Made by a program: the position numbers and the translations under genes
NCBI GenBank assembly: GCA_029856145.1
Contig: JAHQWK010000030.1
Location: forward strand, 1-64,000
Length of the DNA: 64,000 nt
Source: Promethearchaeia archaeon
GTDB lineage: Archaea > Asgardarchaeota > Lokiarchaeia > Sigyniarchaeales > SOKP01
Direction of reading: 5' to 3'
Shown: positions 48,842 to 57,111 of the stretch, in pieces
Layout: each line of letters starts with the position of its first letter
Numbering within the stretch: the stretch's first letter is position 1
The notes under the pieces: model-generated
Told to the model about the DNA's origin: nothing
The model's database searches: none
Seen by the model: the letters and a program-made list of their open reading frames with translations, nothing else

Positions 48842-49279
48842 ATGGAAGATGAGAAACTATTTCCTATATATATTAATCCAAATTTATGCGTATTATGTCA
48901 GCGATGCATGTATAGCTGTCCAAGTAAAGCCATTTTTTTTAGAAATTCACTCCGATATGTGAATTATGATAAATGTCAAGGATGCTTAAAATGTGTAGAT
49001 GTATGTGAGCATGGTGCCATTGAGGTTATCTCGATTAAGGAAGGGAAATTAACAGGTTTTCACATTGATCAAGATAAATGCGAATTATGTAAACTCTGTC
49101 TAGAGGAGGATTTCTGCTTTCAAAATTTATTTGAACTGAAAAAAAATAAAAATACTGATAATGAGTGGATTGAATTTCGGAAAGAAAATCTTTCAAATTG
49201 CTTCAAATGCTTAAAATGTTTTAAAAATTGTCCAAACAATGCAATAATTCCTGAAATTATCAATAAAATTATTAGTTAG
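48842..49279 (+). CDS. Polyferredoxin (about 4x[4Fe-4S])
   Basis: Four CxxCxxC...C motifs. Confidence 0.85.
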   Translation: MEDEKLFPIYINPNLCVLCQRCMYSCPSKAIFFRNSLRYVNYDKCQGCLKCVDVCEHGAIEVISIKEGKLTGFHIDQDKCELCKLCLEEDFCFQNLFELKKNKNTDNEWIEFRKENLSNCFKCLKCFKNCPNNAIIPEIINKIIS

Positions 49280-49340
49280 CAAAATTATTATTCTCGATAT
49301 AATAACTATAATAAAACTAGGTTGAAGGCTATAAGCAAAA

Positions 49341-49547
49341 TTGAAACCTAAAGATAAAACATGTAAATGGTATCAAGGTTGCCCAATTAAACTTTTTGTT
49401 GAAAGTGGTAAACTAGACAAAAAATGGGTCGAAGACTATTGTTTAATTGGAAATAAAGATTGTGTGAGATATCAATTAGAAGAAAATGGAAAGTATCATC
49501 CCGATAATCTGCTACCTAATGGTGATATTAAAAATGATCTTTCTTAG
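49341..49547 (+). CDS. Small Cys-rich conserved protein
   Basis: CKWY..CP...W.EDYC.....CVRY......HPDNLLPNG. Confidence 0.7.
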   Translation: MKPKDKTCKWYQGCPIKLFVESGKLDKKWVEDYCLIGNKDCVRYQLEENGKYHPDNLLPNGDIKNDLS

Positions 49548-49561
49548 TTCTAATTAATCAT

Positions 49562-49966
49562 TTAATCATGATGATGATGTTCATGGTTATCATCAGCATC
49601 AGTATGAATTTTTTCAACACCATATCCTTTACCACCCCCTGGAGCACAAAGACTTTCTCCTCCTTCTAAAGTTCCGTCTAGTATCTTTTTGATAACATCA
49701 TCAATTTTACCAGAAATTCCTACAATTACTTCAATTCCATATTGATTAAAAAAAGCTTCAGCTCTGCGACCCATTCCTCCCGCTATCATGTATTTCGCTC
49801 CCTGTTGGTTTACAAATTCGGGTATACTGCCTACAGAATGACCTGGATTTTGAAGTACTTCTTTTTCTATTACTTGGTTATTTTCGATCGTAACAAGAGT
49901 AAACTCTGGCGCTCGGCCAAAGTGAGCGCAAACATTTCCTGAATCTGTACTAATAGCTATTTTCAT
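49562..49966 (-). CDS. NifB/NifX-family protein 2 with His-rich tail
   Basis: MKIAISTD, AHFGRAPEF, AGGMGRRA and C-terminal HEHHHHD. Confidence 0.88.
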   Translation of the reverse strand: MKIAISTDSGNVCAHFGRAPEFTLVTIENNQVIEKEVLQNPGHSVGSIPEFVNQQGAKYMIAGGMGRRAEAFFNQYGIEVIVGISGKIDDVIKKILDGTLEGGESLCAPGGGKGYGVEKIHTDADDNHEHHHHD

Positions 49967-50018
49967 TTTTTTATCAACTCTGTTATATATTTGATTAATA
50001 TATAATTATATTTATAAT

Positions 50019-50038
50019 TTATGAATAATTATTCATAA
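50019..50038. promoter_or_regulatory. Perfect 20-bp palindrome TTATGAATAATTATTCATAA
   Basis: Lies between the divergent nifX-like and DUF134 genes. Confidence 0.8.
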
Positions 50039-50228
50039 TAAATATTATGTGTATAAATTTGTATAAAACCATATAATATATTAAGTATAAAGATGAAAAG
50101 AACTAAAATATTTCTTTATAAATATTTTCTTATAATTTTGAATAATTAATAATAAAAATCTAAATTAATACTTTTATATAGTATATCAATTGGAAATATT
50201 GTTATAATCATTTTTTTGGTGATTCGAT

Positions 50229-50648
50229 ATAGGAAGAAACAGACATCGACGATGGGTTAATCAAACTCCTAATAATACTTATTTCCCTGGAGATTCACCT
50301 AAAACCCAAGATTCGATAATAATAACTGTTGCTGAATTTGAAGCTATGAGATTAAAACATTATTTAGGCTTGAATCAGAAAGCAGCTGCTGAAAGAATGG
50401 ATATAAGTCAACCTACATTTTCAAGAATTCTTGAAAGCGCTCATCAAAAAAACACCTTAGCTCTGCTTGAGGGGAAAGAAATTAAAGTCTATGGTGGGAA
50501 TTTTGATTATAAGTTAAGCTTTAAGGGATATGGATGTCATAACTGTAATCATGAGTGGGAAGATCCTAATGCGTCCAAGAATGGAAAAGTTAATTGCATT
50601 AAATGTAATTCCAATAACGTATATCATCTTATTAGAGAATACATGTAG
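50229..50648 (+). CDS. DUF134-family HTH protein with C-terminal Zn ribbon, probable ATA start
   Basis: (I)GRNRHRRWV...P....YFP...ITVAEFEAMRL...GLNQKAAAERMDISQPTFSRIL and CHNC...CIKC. SD GGTGA lies 6 nt before ATA 50229, with an in-frame stop at 50220. Confidence 0.85.
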   Translation: MGRNRHRRWVNQTPNNTYFPGDSPKTQDSIIITVAEFEAMRLKHYLGLNQKAAAERMDISQPTFSRILESAHQKNTLALLEGKEIKVYGGNFDYKLSFKGYGCHNCNHEWEDPNASKNGKVNCIKCNSNNVYHLIREYM

Positions 50649-50670
50649 ATTCTTATTTTAAATAAAAAGA

Positions 50671-51603
50671 TTAAATTAAAGTTTTATTCCATAATATTTC
50701 TTTTAAATTTTGATAAATCATTTTAATAGATAAACTTGCTTTAGAATCTGGGGCAAAATCTACAACTGGTTCAGCAAAAGACATTGCTTTCGGGATTGAT
50801 AAGTCGAATGGAATTTTTCCCAAGATGTCAAACCCCGTATTGTCGATGTAATCCTTGAATTTATCTTGAAAAGGGCTTTTCAAATCAGATTTATTAATTA
50901 TTATCCCAAACGGAATTTTAAATTGCTGTACGACTTCTATCGCCCGTATTAGGTCGTGTAATCCAGAAGGAGTAGGTTCGGTTACGGTAATGACATAATC
51001 CAAGCCTGAAACGGTCGCAATTACGGGGCAGCCAATTCCCGGAGGGCCATCTATTAATGTTAAATTGGTTTCTTCGAACTCTTTTAAGTTCTTCACAAAT
51101 TCTTTAGTATCCGAGACTAACTTTCCGGATGTTGAGCTTCCTAAAATGGTTTTGCCATAAACTAGCGGTGAGCCCATCTCTGAAATGTAAGAAACGATAA
51201 CTCCGCTTTTAACGGAATTTATTTCAAAGGCGTGCTCAGGACATAAAAACTTACAAGCCCCACATCCCTCACACGCTAAATAATCCACTACTGGAACTTG
51301 ATTATCATCGTCCCATCCTAACGCGTGAAACTCACAAAAATGCTCGTCAATGCATTTCTTACAATTAACACATTTTTGTTCGAGGAATGTAGCTTTTAGA
51401 GTAACATAAATGTCTTGACTCTTTATTGTATCTTCAGCCATCGCCGGAAGTATTAAAGATAGATTAGGAGCGTCTACATCACAATCAAGTACGATTGTTT
51501 TTAAATCCGGATCCTTATTGGCTAAACTTGCCAAGGATGCAACCAGAGAAGTTTTACCTACTCCACCTTTCCCCGAAATGATTCCAACATTCTTTTTTTC
51601 CAT
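50671..51603 (-). CDS. MinD/ParA-type P-loop ATPase with inserted ferredoxin (COG1149-like) 1
   Basis: SGKGGVGKT, DCDVDAPNL, CEGCGACKFLCP, DGPPGIGCP and VTEPTPSGLHDL motifs. Confidence 0.9.
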   Translation of the reverse strand: MEKKNVGIISGKGGVGKTSLVASLASLANKDPDLKTIVLDCDVDAPNLSLILPAMAEDTIKSQDIYVTLKATFLEQKCVNCKKCIDEHFCEFHALGWDDDNQVPVVDYLACEGCGACKFLCPEHAFEINSVKSGVIVSYISEMGSPLVYGKTILGSSTSGKLVSDTKEFVKNLKEFEETNLTLIDGPPGIGCPVIATVSGLDYVITVTEPTPSGLHDLIRAIEVVQQFKIPFGIIINKSDLKSPFQDKFKDYIDNTGFDILGKIPFDLSIPKAMSFAEPVVDFAPDSKASLSIKMIYQNLKEILWNKTLI

Positions 51604-51607
51604 TACT

Positions 51608-52546
51608 TTAGCTCCCCTCACCTTGTTCTTTAGTTTCCATCCATTCGATTAAATTCTCAAATATCCTTTTAAATGCTTTATACCCCTTTCCATTCTTGTC
51701 AGTTTCGCTATTTCCATCCATTAAAGGCACGCCTATACAATACGAATGTACGATGTCGTCATCTAAAGGAATGTCGCCAAGAATTATTATATTCTTTTCT
51801 TTTAACTCCTTTAAGAATTCGTCTCTGAAGCCCAATAACGAAGATCTATTAACAATAGCTCGATGATCTTTATTCAATAATTCAATTAGTTCTATTATCC
51901 GGATCAAGTCTAACTTACCAAACCTAGTTGGCTCTGTAACGGGAATTACTAAATCGGCCTTATTGATTAAGGCTTCTACATCACAATGCGCCCCTGGAGA
52001 GGTATCTAGAATGACTACATCGAACCTATCCGGATCATCTTTTATAATCTTGTCAAGTTCTTCGAGGAGCGTTTCTACAATTGCTACCGAACGAGCCTCT
52101 GCCGGTTTTAATTCACCTATTAAAAGAGAAATCCCGTTTACTTTTGTCGAATAAGTCCAGCCTATTACTTTTGAATCAGCTTCAATTGCCTCTTCCGGAC
52201 ATATCTTATAACATAATTGGCATCCAGAACATAAGGCTAATACTGGAATGGGAAATGAATCTGTTATGTGTAATAAAGCATGCGGCGCACAATTTTGAGC
52301 ACATAATCCACATTTAGAGCATTTACTTTCAATAATTTTAGGTTTGAAAAATGGAACATCTCTCTTATTTTCAAGCCTTCCATTTAATAATAAATATGTA
52401 TTAGGATTTTCTACATCACCATCAATAAGAAGAACCTTTTTTCCCTCATTTTTAAACATGACAGCAAGATTAACAGCACATAAAGTTTTACCAGTTCCTC
52501 CTTTACCTCCCGTAATACAAATTATTTTGGATTTATTGCTACTCAT
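51608..52546 (-). CDS. MinD/ParA-type P-loop ATPase with inserted ferredoxin (COG1149-like) 2
   Basis: GGKGGTGKT, DGDVENPN, CSKCGLCAQNC, DTSPGAHC and VTEPTRFG motifs. Confidence 0.9.
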   Translation of the reverse strand: MSSNKSKIICITGGKGGTGKTLCAVNLAVMFKNEGKKVLLIDGDVENPNTYLLLNGRLENKRDVPFFKPKIIESKCSKCGLCAQNCAPHALLHITDSFPIPVLALCSGCQLCYKICPEEAIEADSKVIGWTYSTKVNGISLLIGELKPAEARSVAIVETLLEELDKIIKDDPDRFDVVILDTSPGAHCDVEALINKADLVIPVTEPTRFGKLDLIRIIELIELLNKDHRAIVNRSSLLGFRDEFLKELKEKNIIILGDIPLDDDIVHSYCIGVPLMDGNSETDKNGKGYKAFKRIFENLIEWMETKEQGEGS

Positions 52547-52584
52547 AAGAGATATCTTTTTTTTCTAATTATCTTTTAGTTCTT

Positions 52585-53046
52585 CTAGGGTTGATTATCT
52601 CTTCCCATACCTTGACCTCGTCCTCCCATGCCTCTACCACCACCCCCCATACCTCGACCACCTCCCATTCCATAGTGTGAAGCGACATTTGAGGTAGCAA
52701 TCGGTTGTAATTTTCCTTCTATATAGAGATTCATAACTTCTTTTATCGTAATTGCTTGATTTGGAGCTTGAAAGATTTTTATATTTAAAGCATTAAGCCC
52801 ACTAGCTGCATTAGGACCTAAAAACCCTACGATTATAACAGTAGCACCATTATTACCAATTATTTGAGTAGCTTGTACACCAGCTCCCCCCATCGCATTT
52901 GCTGCAGGATTTGGAACCGCTTTAACGGCTTTAATCTCGTTATTTTCCAATTCAACAAATGTGAAACTTACACATCTTCCAAAACGAGGACTCATTTGAT
53001 CATTTAAGCCTCCACTTCCCATTGAAGGAATTGCAATAATACTCAT
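52585..53046 (-). CDS. NifB/NifX-family protein 3 with Gly/Arg/Met-rich tail
   Basis: SPRFGRC, GGAGVQA, GPNA and tail GMGGGRGMGGGGRGMGGRG. Confidence 0.88.
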   Translation of the reverse strand: MSIIAIPSMGSGGLNDQMSPRFGRCVSFTFVELENNEIKAVKAVPNPAANAMGGAGVQATQIIGNNGATVIIVGFLGPNAASGLNALNIKIFQAPNQAITIKEVMNLYIEGKLQPIATSNVASHYGMGGGRGMGGGGRGMGGRGQGMGRDNQP

Positions 53047-53106
53047 TCTTTTTTACACCATTTTTCTTTTTTTTTTTTAGTAACTTTTTTAACTTTTGAA
53101 TAATTT

Positions 53107-53120
53107 TGAATAATTATTCA
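53107..53120. promoter_or_regulatory. Palindrome TGAATAATTATTCA
   Basis: Perfect copy between the divergent nifX-like and mrp genes. Confidence 0.78.
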
Positions 53121-53274
53121 TTACTAGAAAAAACTTGAAAATATTTAAATTTAACTTATTTAGATTAAAATTACATTTAATTTAATAAAAATTAAGAGGT
53201 AAACGAATATTCAAGAAAAAAAAATTCCAGATATTGATTTAAAGAAGACAGTTGAACAAGGAAAGAAAGAAAAA

Positions 53275-54081
53275 ATGGATGAATTAACGGAGAATATTAA
53301 CAAAAACATGGATAAAATTAAGCACAAAATCGTTGTTATATCAGGTAAAGGTGGAGTCGGAAAAACCACAGTAGCTATAAACCTTGCTATGAGTTTAGTA
53401 AGCGTTGGATTGAGGGTTGGAATCTTAGATGTGGATATAACAGGTCCAAATGTACTGAAGATGCTGGGTATTGACCCAAATCTTAAACCGAGGGTTGATG
53501 CTGAAAAGAAAAGATTTTATCCCGTTAATGGGCCCTTAAATCTTAAAGTAATGAGCATGGCTTTTCTCATTGAAAGTTCAGACTCACCAGTTATTTGGAG
53601 GGGTCCAATGAAAATGAGTGCAGTAAGACAGTTTTTAGGGGAGGCTATTTGGGGTGAATTAGACTATTTAATTTGTGATTTACCACCAGGAACATCAGAT
53701 GAAACCTTAGATATTTTACAACTTATTCCCGACGAGAATGTTATCGTAGTTTCGACACCTCAAGAAGTTGCGTTAATGGATGCTCGAAAAACTATTAGAA
53801 TGGCTCAGATAATGGAAAGAAAAGTACTTGGTTTAATAGAAAACATGTCTGGCTTCGATTGTCCTCATTGTGGAGAACATATTGATTTGTATCCCCCCGG
53901 TGGTGTAGAAAAGGCATCTCAGGATTTTGAAATTCAATTATTAGGTAAAATACCTTTTGAAGTTGAAGTAAGCCAGCAAGGTGATAGGGGCTTACCTTTT
54001 GTATTAAAATATCCTGAAAGTAAATCATCCAAAGCATTTAAAGAGACAGTAAAAAAGATTCGAGGAATACTGGAAAATTAA
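53275..54081 (+). CDS. mrp: Mrp/NBP35 Fe-S cluster carrier ATPase
   Basis: SGKGGVGKTT, VIWRGPMK, DLPPGTSD and ENMS...CPHC motifs. Confidence 0.92.
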   Translation: MDELTENINKNMDKIKHKIVVISGKGGVGKTTVAINLAMSLVSVGLRVGILDVDITGPNVLKMLGIDPNLKPRVDAEKKRFYPVNGPLNLKVMSMAFLIESSDSPVIWRGPMKMSAVRQFLGEAIWGELDYLICDLPPGTSDETLDILQLIPDENVIVVSTPQEVALMDARKTIRMAQIMERKVLGLIENMSGFDCPHCGEHIDLYPPGGVEKASQDFEIQLLGKIPFEVEVSQQGDRGLPFVLKYPESKSSKAFKETVKKIRGILEN

Positions 54082-54167
54082 AAGAATAATTTTTATAAAT
54101 TTTCAAAATTTTCAAATCAATAATAAATCAAGCTTTTATTGAAAAACCTCGAAGTAGTAATAATAAA

Positions 54168-54608
54168 ATGCCACCAGATAATTTAGATAAATGGGTAGAA
54201 GAAATTCAAAAAGAAATCATAGAAGAGGAAATTAAAAGATATAATAAATATATTGTTGAATTACTTCAAAATCCAAAAAATTGGGGTAAACCAAAAGATG
54301 ATGAAATAAGTGCATGGCATACATATGAAGGATCATGCGGGGATACAATGCAATTCTTTCTGAAGATCAAGGAAAGTATAATTGAAAAAGCGAATTTTAT
54401 TACAGATGGCTGTGGTGCTACAGTAGCAGCGGGAAGTCAAACTACTATGATGGTAGAAGGCAAAGTATTAGAATTTGCTGAGAATTTACAACCAATTGAT
54501 GTCGAAAATGCTTTAGGTGGCTTACCTGATGATCATAAACATTGTGCTGAATTAGCAGTAACTACTTTAAAACGTGCGATTGAGAAATACAAAATACAAA
54601 GTTCTTGA
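54168..54608 (+). CDS. IscU/NifU-like Fe-S scaffold
   Basis: CGDTM, DGCGATVA and HKHCAELA motifs. Confidence 0.88.
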   Translation: MPPDNLDKWVEEIQKEIIEEEIKRYNKYIVELLQNPKNWGKPKDDEISAWHTYEGSCGDTMQFFLKIKESIIEKANFITDGCGATVAAGSQTTMMVEGKVLEFAENLQPIDVENALGGLPDDHKHCAELAVTTLKRAIEKYKIQSS

Positions 54609-54630
54609 TAAAGGTTCTTAATAGAAAAAT

Positions 54631-55566
54631 ATGAAATATGTATATGGACCTGTTCCTAGCAGGAGATTAGGAAATTCATTAGGAATTGATCCAATCCCTT
54701 CTAAGACATGTAATTATCAATGTATCTATTGTCAATTAGGTAAAACAACTAATTTTACTAATATCCGGAAGAATTACTTCCCGAAGAAAGATATCACTGC
54801 TGAAATCGAAAAAGCAATCAAATTAAATGAAAATAAATTCGATTATATAACCTTTGTAGGTAGTGGCGAACCTACATTATATAAAGATTTAAAGGATTTG
54901 ATAATAAAAACTAAAGAGTTATCTGAAAAACCTTTATGCGTGATTACTAATGGAAGTTTACTTTATGAAAAAGGAGTTCAGAATGCTTTAATATATTCAG
55001 ATGTAGTTTTACCTAGTTTAGATGCTGGAGATGAAAAATCATTCCTAAGAATAAATCGCCCTCATCCCTCTATTAATTTTGAAAAATTAATTCAAGGTTT
55101 TATAGATTTTAAGAAGAAATTCGAGGGGAGATTTTGGATAGAAGTGATGTTAATGAAGGGGATTAATGATTCTAAAGAAGAATTATTCAAAATTAAAGAA
55201 AAAATTGATATAATAAAACCAGATAAAATAGATATCAATGTTCCAATAAGACCTCCAGTAGAAAAATGGGTTGAAATTCCTGATAACAGTATATTTTTGA
55301 TTTTAAATGAAATTTTTGGTGATTATTCTAATATAAGTTTTCCTGAGAAAGGATTATTCAGGACCCATTCTTTAGATTTCGAAAAAGAGGTTCTATCTAT
55401 ACTTGAGAGACATCCAATGAGACAAGATCAAATAATTGAAACATTTTCTACTTCTGGTTTGAATAAAGAAATGATTATAACGGGATTAAAAAAGCTTAAA
55501 TCTCAAGAAAGAATTAAAGAGATTCTCTATAATAAGCAAACCTTTTGGAAATTAAATCTTGATTAA
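54631..55566 (+). CDS. Radical SAM protein (COG0731-like)
   Basis: YGPVPSRRLGNSLGID, CNYQCIYC and GSGEPTL motifs. Confidence 0.88.
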   Translation: MKYVYGPVPSRRLGNSLGIDPIPSKTCNYQCIYCQLGKTTNFTNIRKNYFPKKDITAEIEKAIKLNENKFDYITFVGSGEPTLYKDLKDLIIKTKELSEKPLCVITNGSLLYEKGVQNALIYSDVVLPSLDAGDEKSFLRINRPHPSINFEKLIQGFIDFKKKFEGRFWIEVMLMKGINDSKEELFKIKEKIDIIKPDKIDINVPIRPPVEKWVEIPDNSIFLILNEIFGDYSNISFPEKGLFRTHSLDFEKEVLSILERHPMRQDQIIETFSTSGLNKEMIITGLKKLKSQERIKEILYNKQTFWKLNLD

Positions 55567-55943
55567 TATTCAAGTATTAGATTTTCTAATGCATTAGATA
55601 CTTCAGGATTTAAATGATGTTCAATTTCACAAGATAATTTATGGACAATTGATTCATTTTTCAACTTTAGAACATGTACAAAAAACTTGAATAAGCAATT
55701 ATAGTTTCTAATAGTGCTTAGAGCAATTCCCTTTCCTTTTTTAGTTAATCTTAAAGATTTTCTAGGTTTCCATGCAATGAGCTCATTTTCTTTTAAATTA
55801 TATAACATGTTAGTCACTGAGGATGGTTTGACGTTTAAAAAATTTGAGATTTCAGAATTGGATGTCCAACCACCCTTATTACCTTTTGAAATTAAATAAA
55901 TTGCTTTGAGATAATTTTCATAACTTTCATGAATTTCTGACAT
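55563..55943 (-). CDS. DtxR/MntR family metal-dependent repressor
   Basis: ENYLKAIY, VKPSSVTNML and SCEIEHHL motifs. Confidence 0.9.
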   Translation of the reverse strand: MSEIHESYENYLKAIYLISKGNKGGWTSNSEISNFLNVKPSSVTNMLYNLKENELIAWKPRKSLRLTKKGKGIALSTIRNYNCLFKFFVHVLKLKNESIVHKLSCEIEHHLNPEVSNALENLILEY

Positions 55944-55980
55944 TTTATCACTTAATATTTAAAAAAAAAAAATAAAGAAT

Positions 55981-56361
55981 TTATTCTTTCTTTTCTAAAT
56001 CTTCAATTCTTTTAGAGATATCATCCATTGCGCTTTTAATTCCATTCATTTCTGATTCTAGATATTCTTTTTCTTGCTTAAGCATCGTTAACTGATTCTC
56101 TGGCGTGATTTTTGGTATAATACCTGATGGATATGGAGCATAAACAGGTGCATAGATTGGAGCTCTATAACCCAAACCATAACCTCTACCATACCCATAA
56201 CCTCTACCATACCCCATTCCCCTACCTCGTCCCCAACCTCGACCAAGTCCCATTCCAGGACCCCTTGTATATCCTGGTGAATCATAACCCGCACAATATC
56301 CTAAACCTCTACCAGTCATTGAACCTAATCCTCTAGGTCCAGTTCTATCTCCACTTGGCAT
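55981..56361 (-). CDS. DUF5320-family protein (RG/YG-rich region plus coiled coil)
   Basis: MPSGDRTGPRGLGSMTGRGLGYCAG, GRG repeats and a C-terminal coiled coil. Confidence 0.85.
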   Translation of the reverse strand: MPSGDRTGPRGLGSMTGRGLGYCAGYDSPGYTRGPGMGLGRGWGRGRGMGYGRGYGYGRGYGLGYRAPIYAPVYAPYPSGIIPKITPENQLTMLKQEKEYLESEMNGIKSAMDDISKRIEDLEKKE

Positions 56362-56385
56362 ATTTTTTCCTCCTAAGATTTTTTA

Positions 56386-56460
56386 TGAATGATTATTCAT
56401 TATTATATATTATAATAATAGTATTAAACTACTTATTTAAGTGTTATGAATATATATTCA
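56386..56460. promoter_or_regulatory. Two copies of the 14-bp palindrome (56386 TGAATGATTATTCA; 56447 TGAATATATATTCA)
   Basis: Upstream of the DUF5320 gene. Confidence 0.75.
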
Positions 56461-56649
56461 GAATACCTTAAAAATTTTATCATCAATTATAAAATTTTAC
56501 AATAATATTCTAACTCATTTCTATAATATTAGAATAAATTGTTGCTGAAATTTAAATATTGTCGAAATTAATAATAATCTAATTATGGATTGATTCAATT
56601 TTTCATCGATTTTAAGAAAAATATAAAAAAAACAAAAGAAAACTTACAT

Positions 56650-56669
56650 TTATTAGGCATAACTAATAA
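56650..56669. promoter_or_regulatory. DtxR/MntR-type box TTATTAGGCATAACTAATAA
   Basis: 7-bp arms with a TTAGG-N4-ACTAA core, immediately upstream of TATA-like TTTAAATA (56671) before feoA. Confidence 0.7.
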
Positions 56670-56734
56670 CTTTAAATATAATTAAACTTATATTTCAATA
56701 GGGAAAAAAAAGTTATTTTTCACAATAAAATACC

Positions 56735-57052
56735 ATGAAATCAAAATTCGAAAGTTCGAAGGTTCATTTCAAGAGAAAAAGAAAAGTTGAACCACTAATA
56801 AATCGCTTGATTGACTGTCCAATCGGAGTAAAACTAAAAGTATTAAGAGTAAATACCGGTCATCATGGTCATCATGGTCATCATGCTAAAAGAAGGCTTG
56901 CTAATTTAGGAATTATACCAGGTGTTCAAATAATTAAAAGAAAAGCTGCTCCTTTTCGAGGTCCTATTGAAATAATTGTAAAAGGATCCTTATTAGTTAT
57001 TGGCAGAGGTTTAGCAGCTAGAATAATTGTAATTAATGAAAATTCTGAATAA
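56735..57052 (+). CDS. feoA: Ferrous iron transport protein A
   Basis: RRLANLGIIPG, APFRGPIEIIVKG and IGRGLAARI motifs, with a GHHGHHGHH insert. Confidence 0.9.
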   Translation: MKSKFESSKVHFKRKRKVEPLINRLIDCPIGVKLKVLRVNTGHHGHHGHHAKRRLANLGIIPGVQIIKRKAAPFRGPIEIIVKGSLLVIGRGLAARIIVINENSE

Positions 57053-57111
57053 TTCTTTTAAAACAATTTGATAATTTAACCATAAAATATCTATATTTTT
57101 TAGAAAGAGAA

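Noticed and set aside
47854-53046. Nitrogen fixation inferred from NifX-like genes
   Set aside because: No nifHDK or nifEN in the window. The ATPases are MinD/Mrp types, not NifH.
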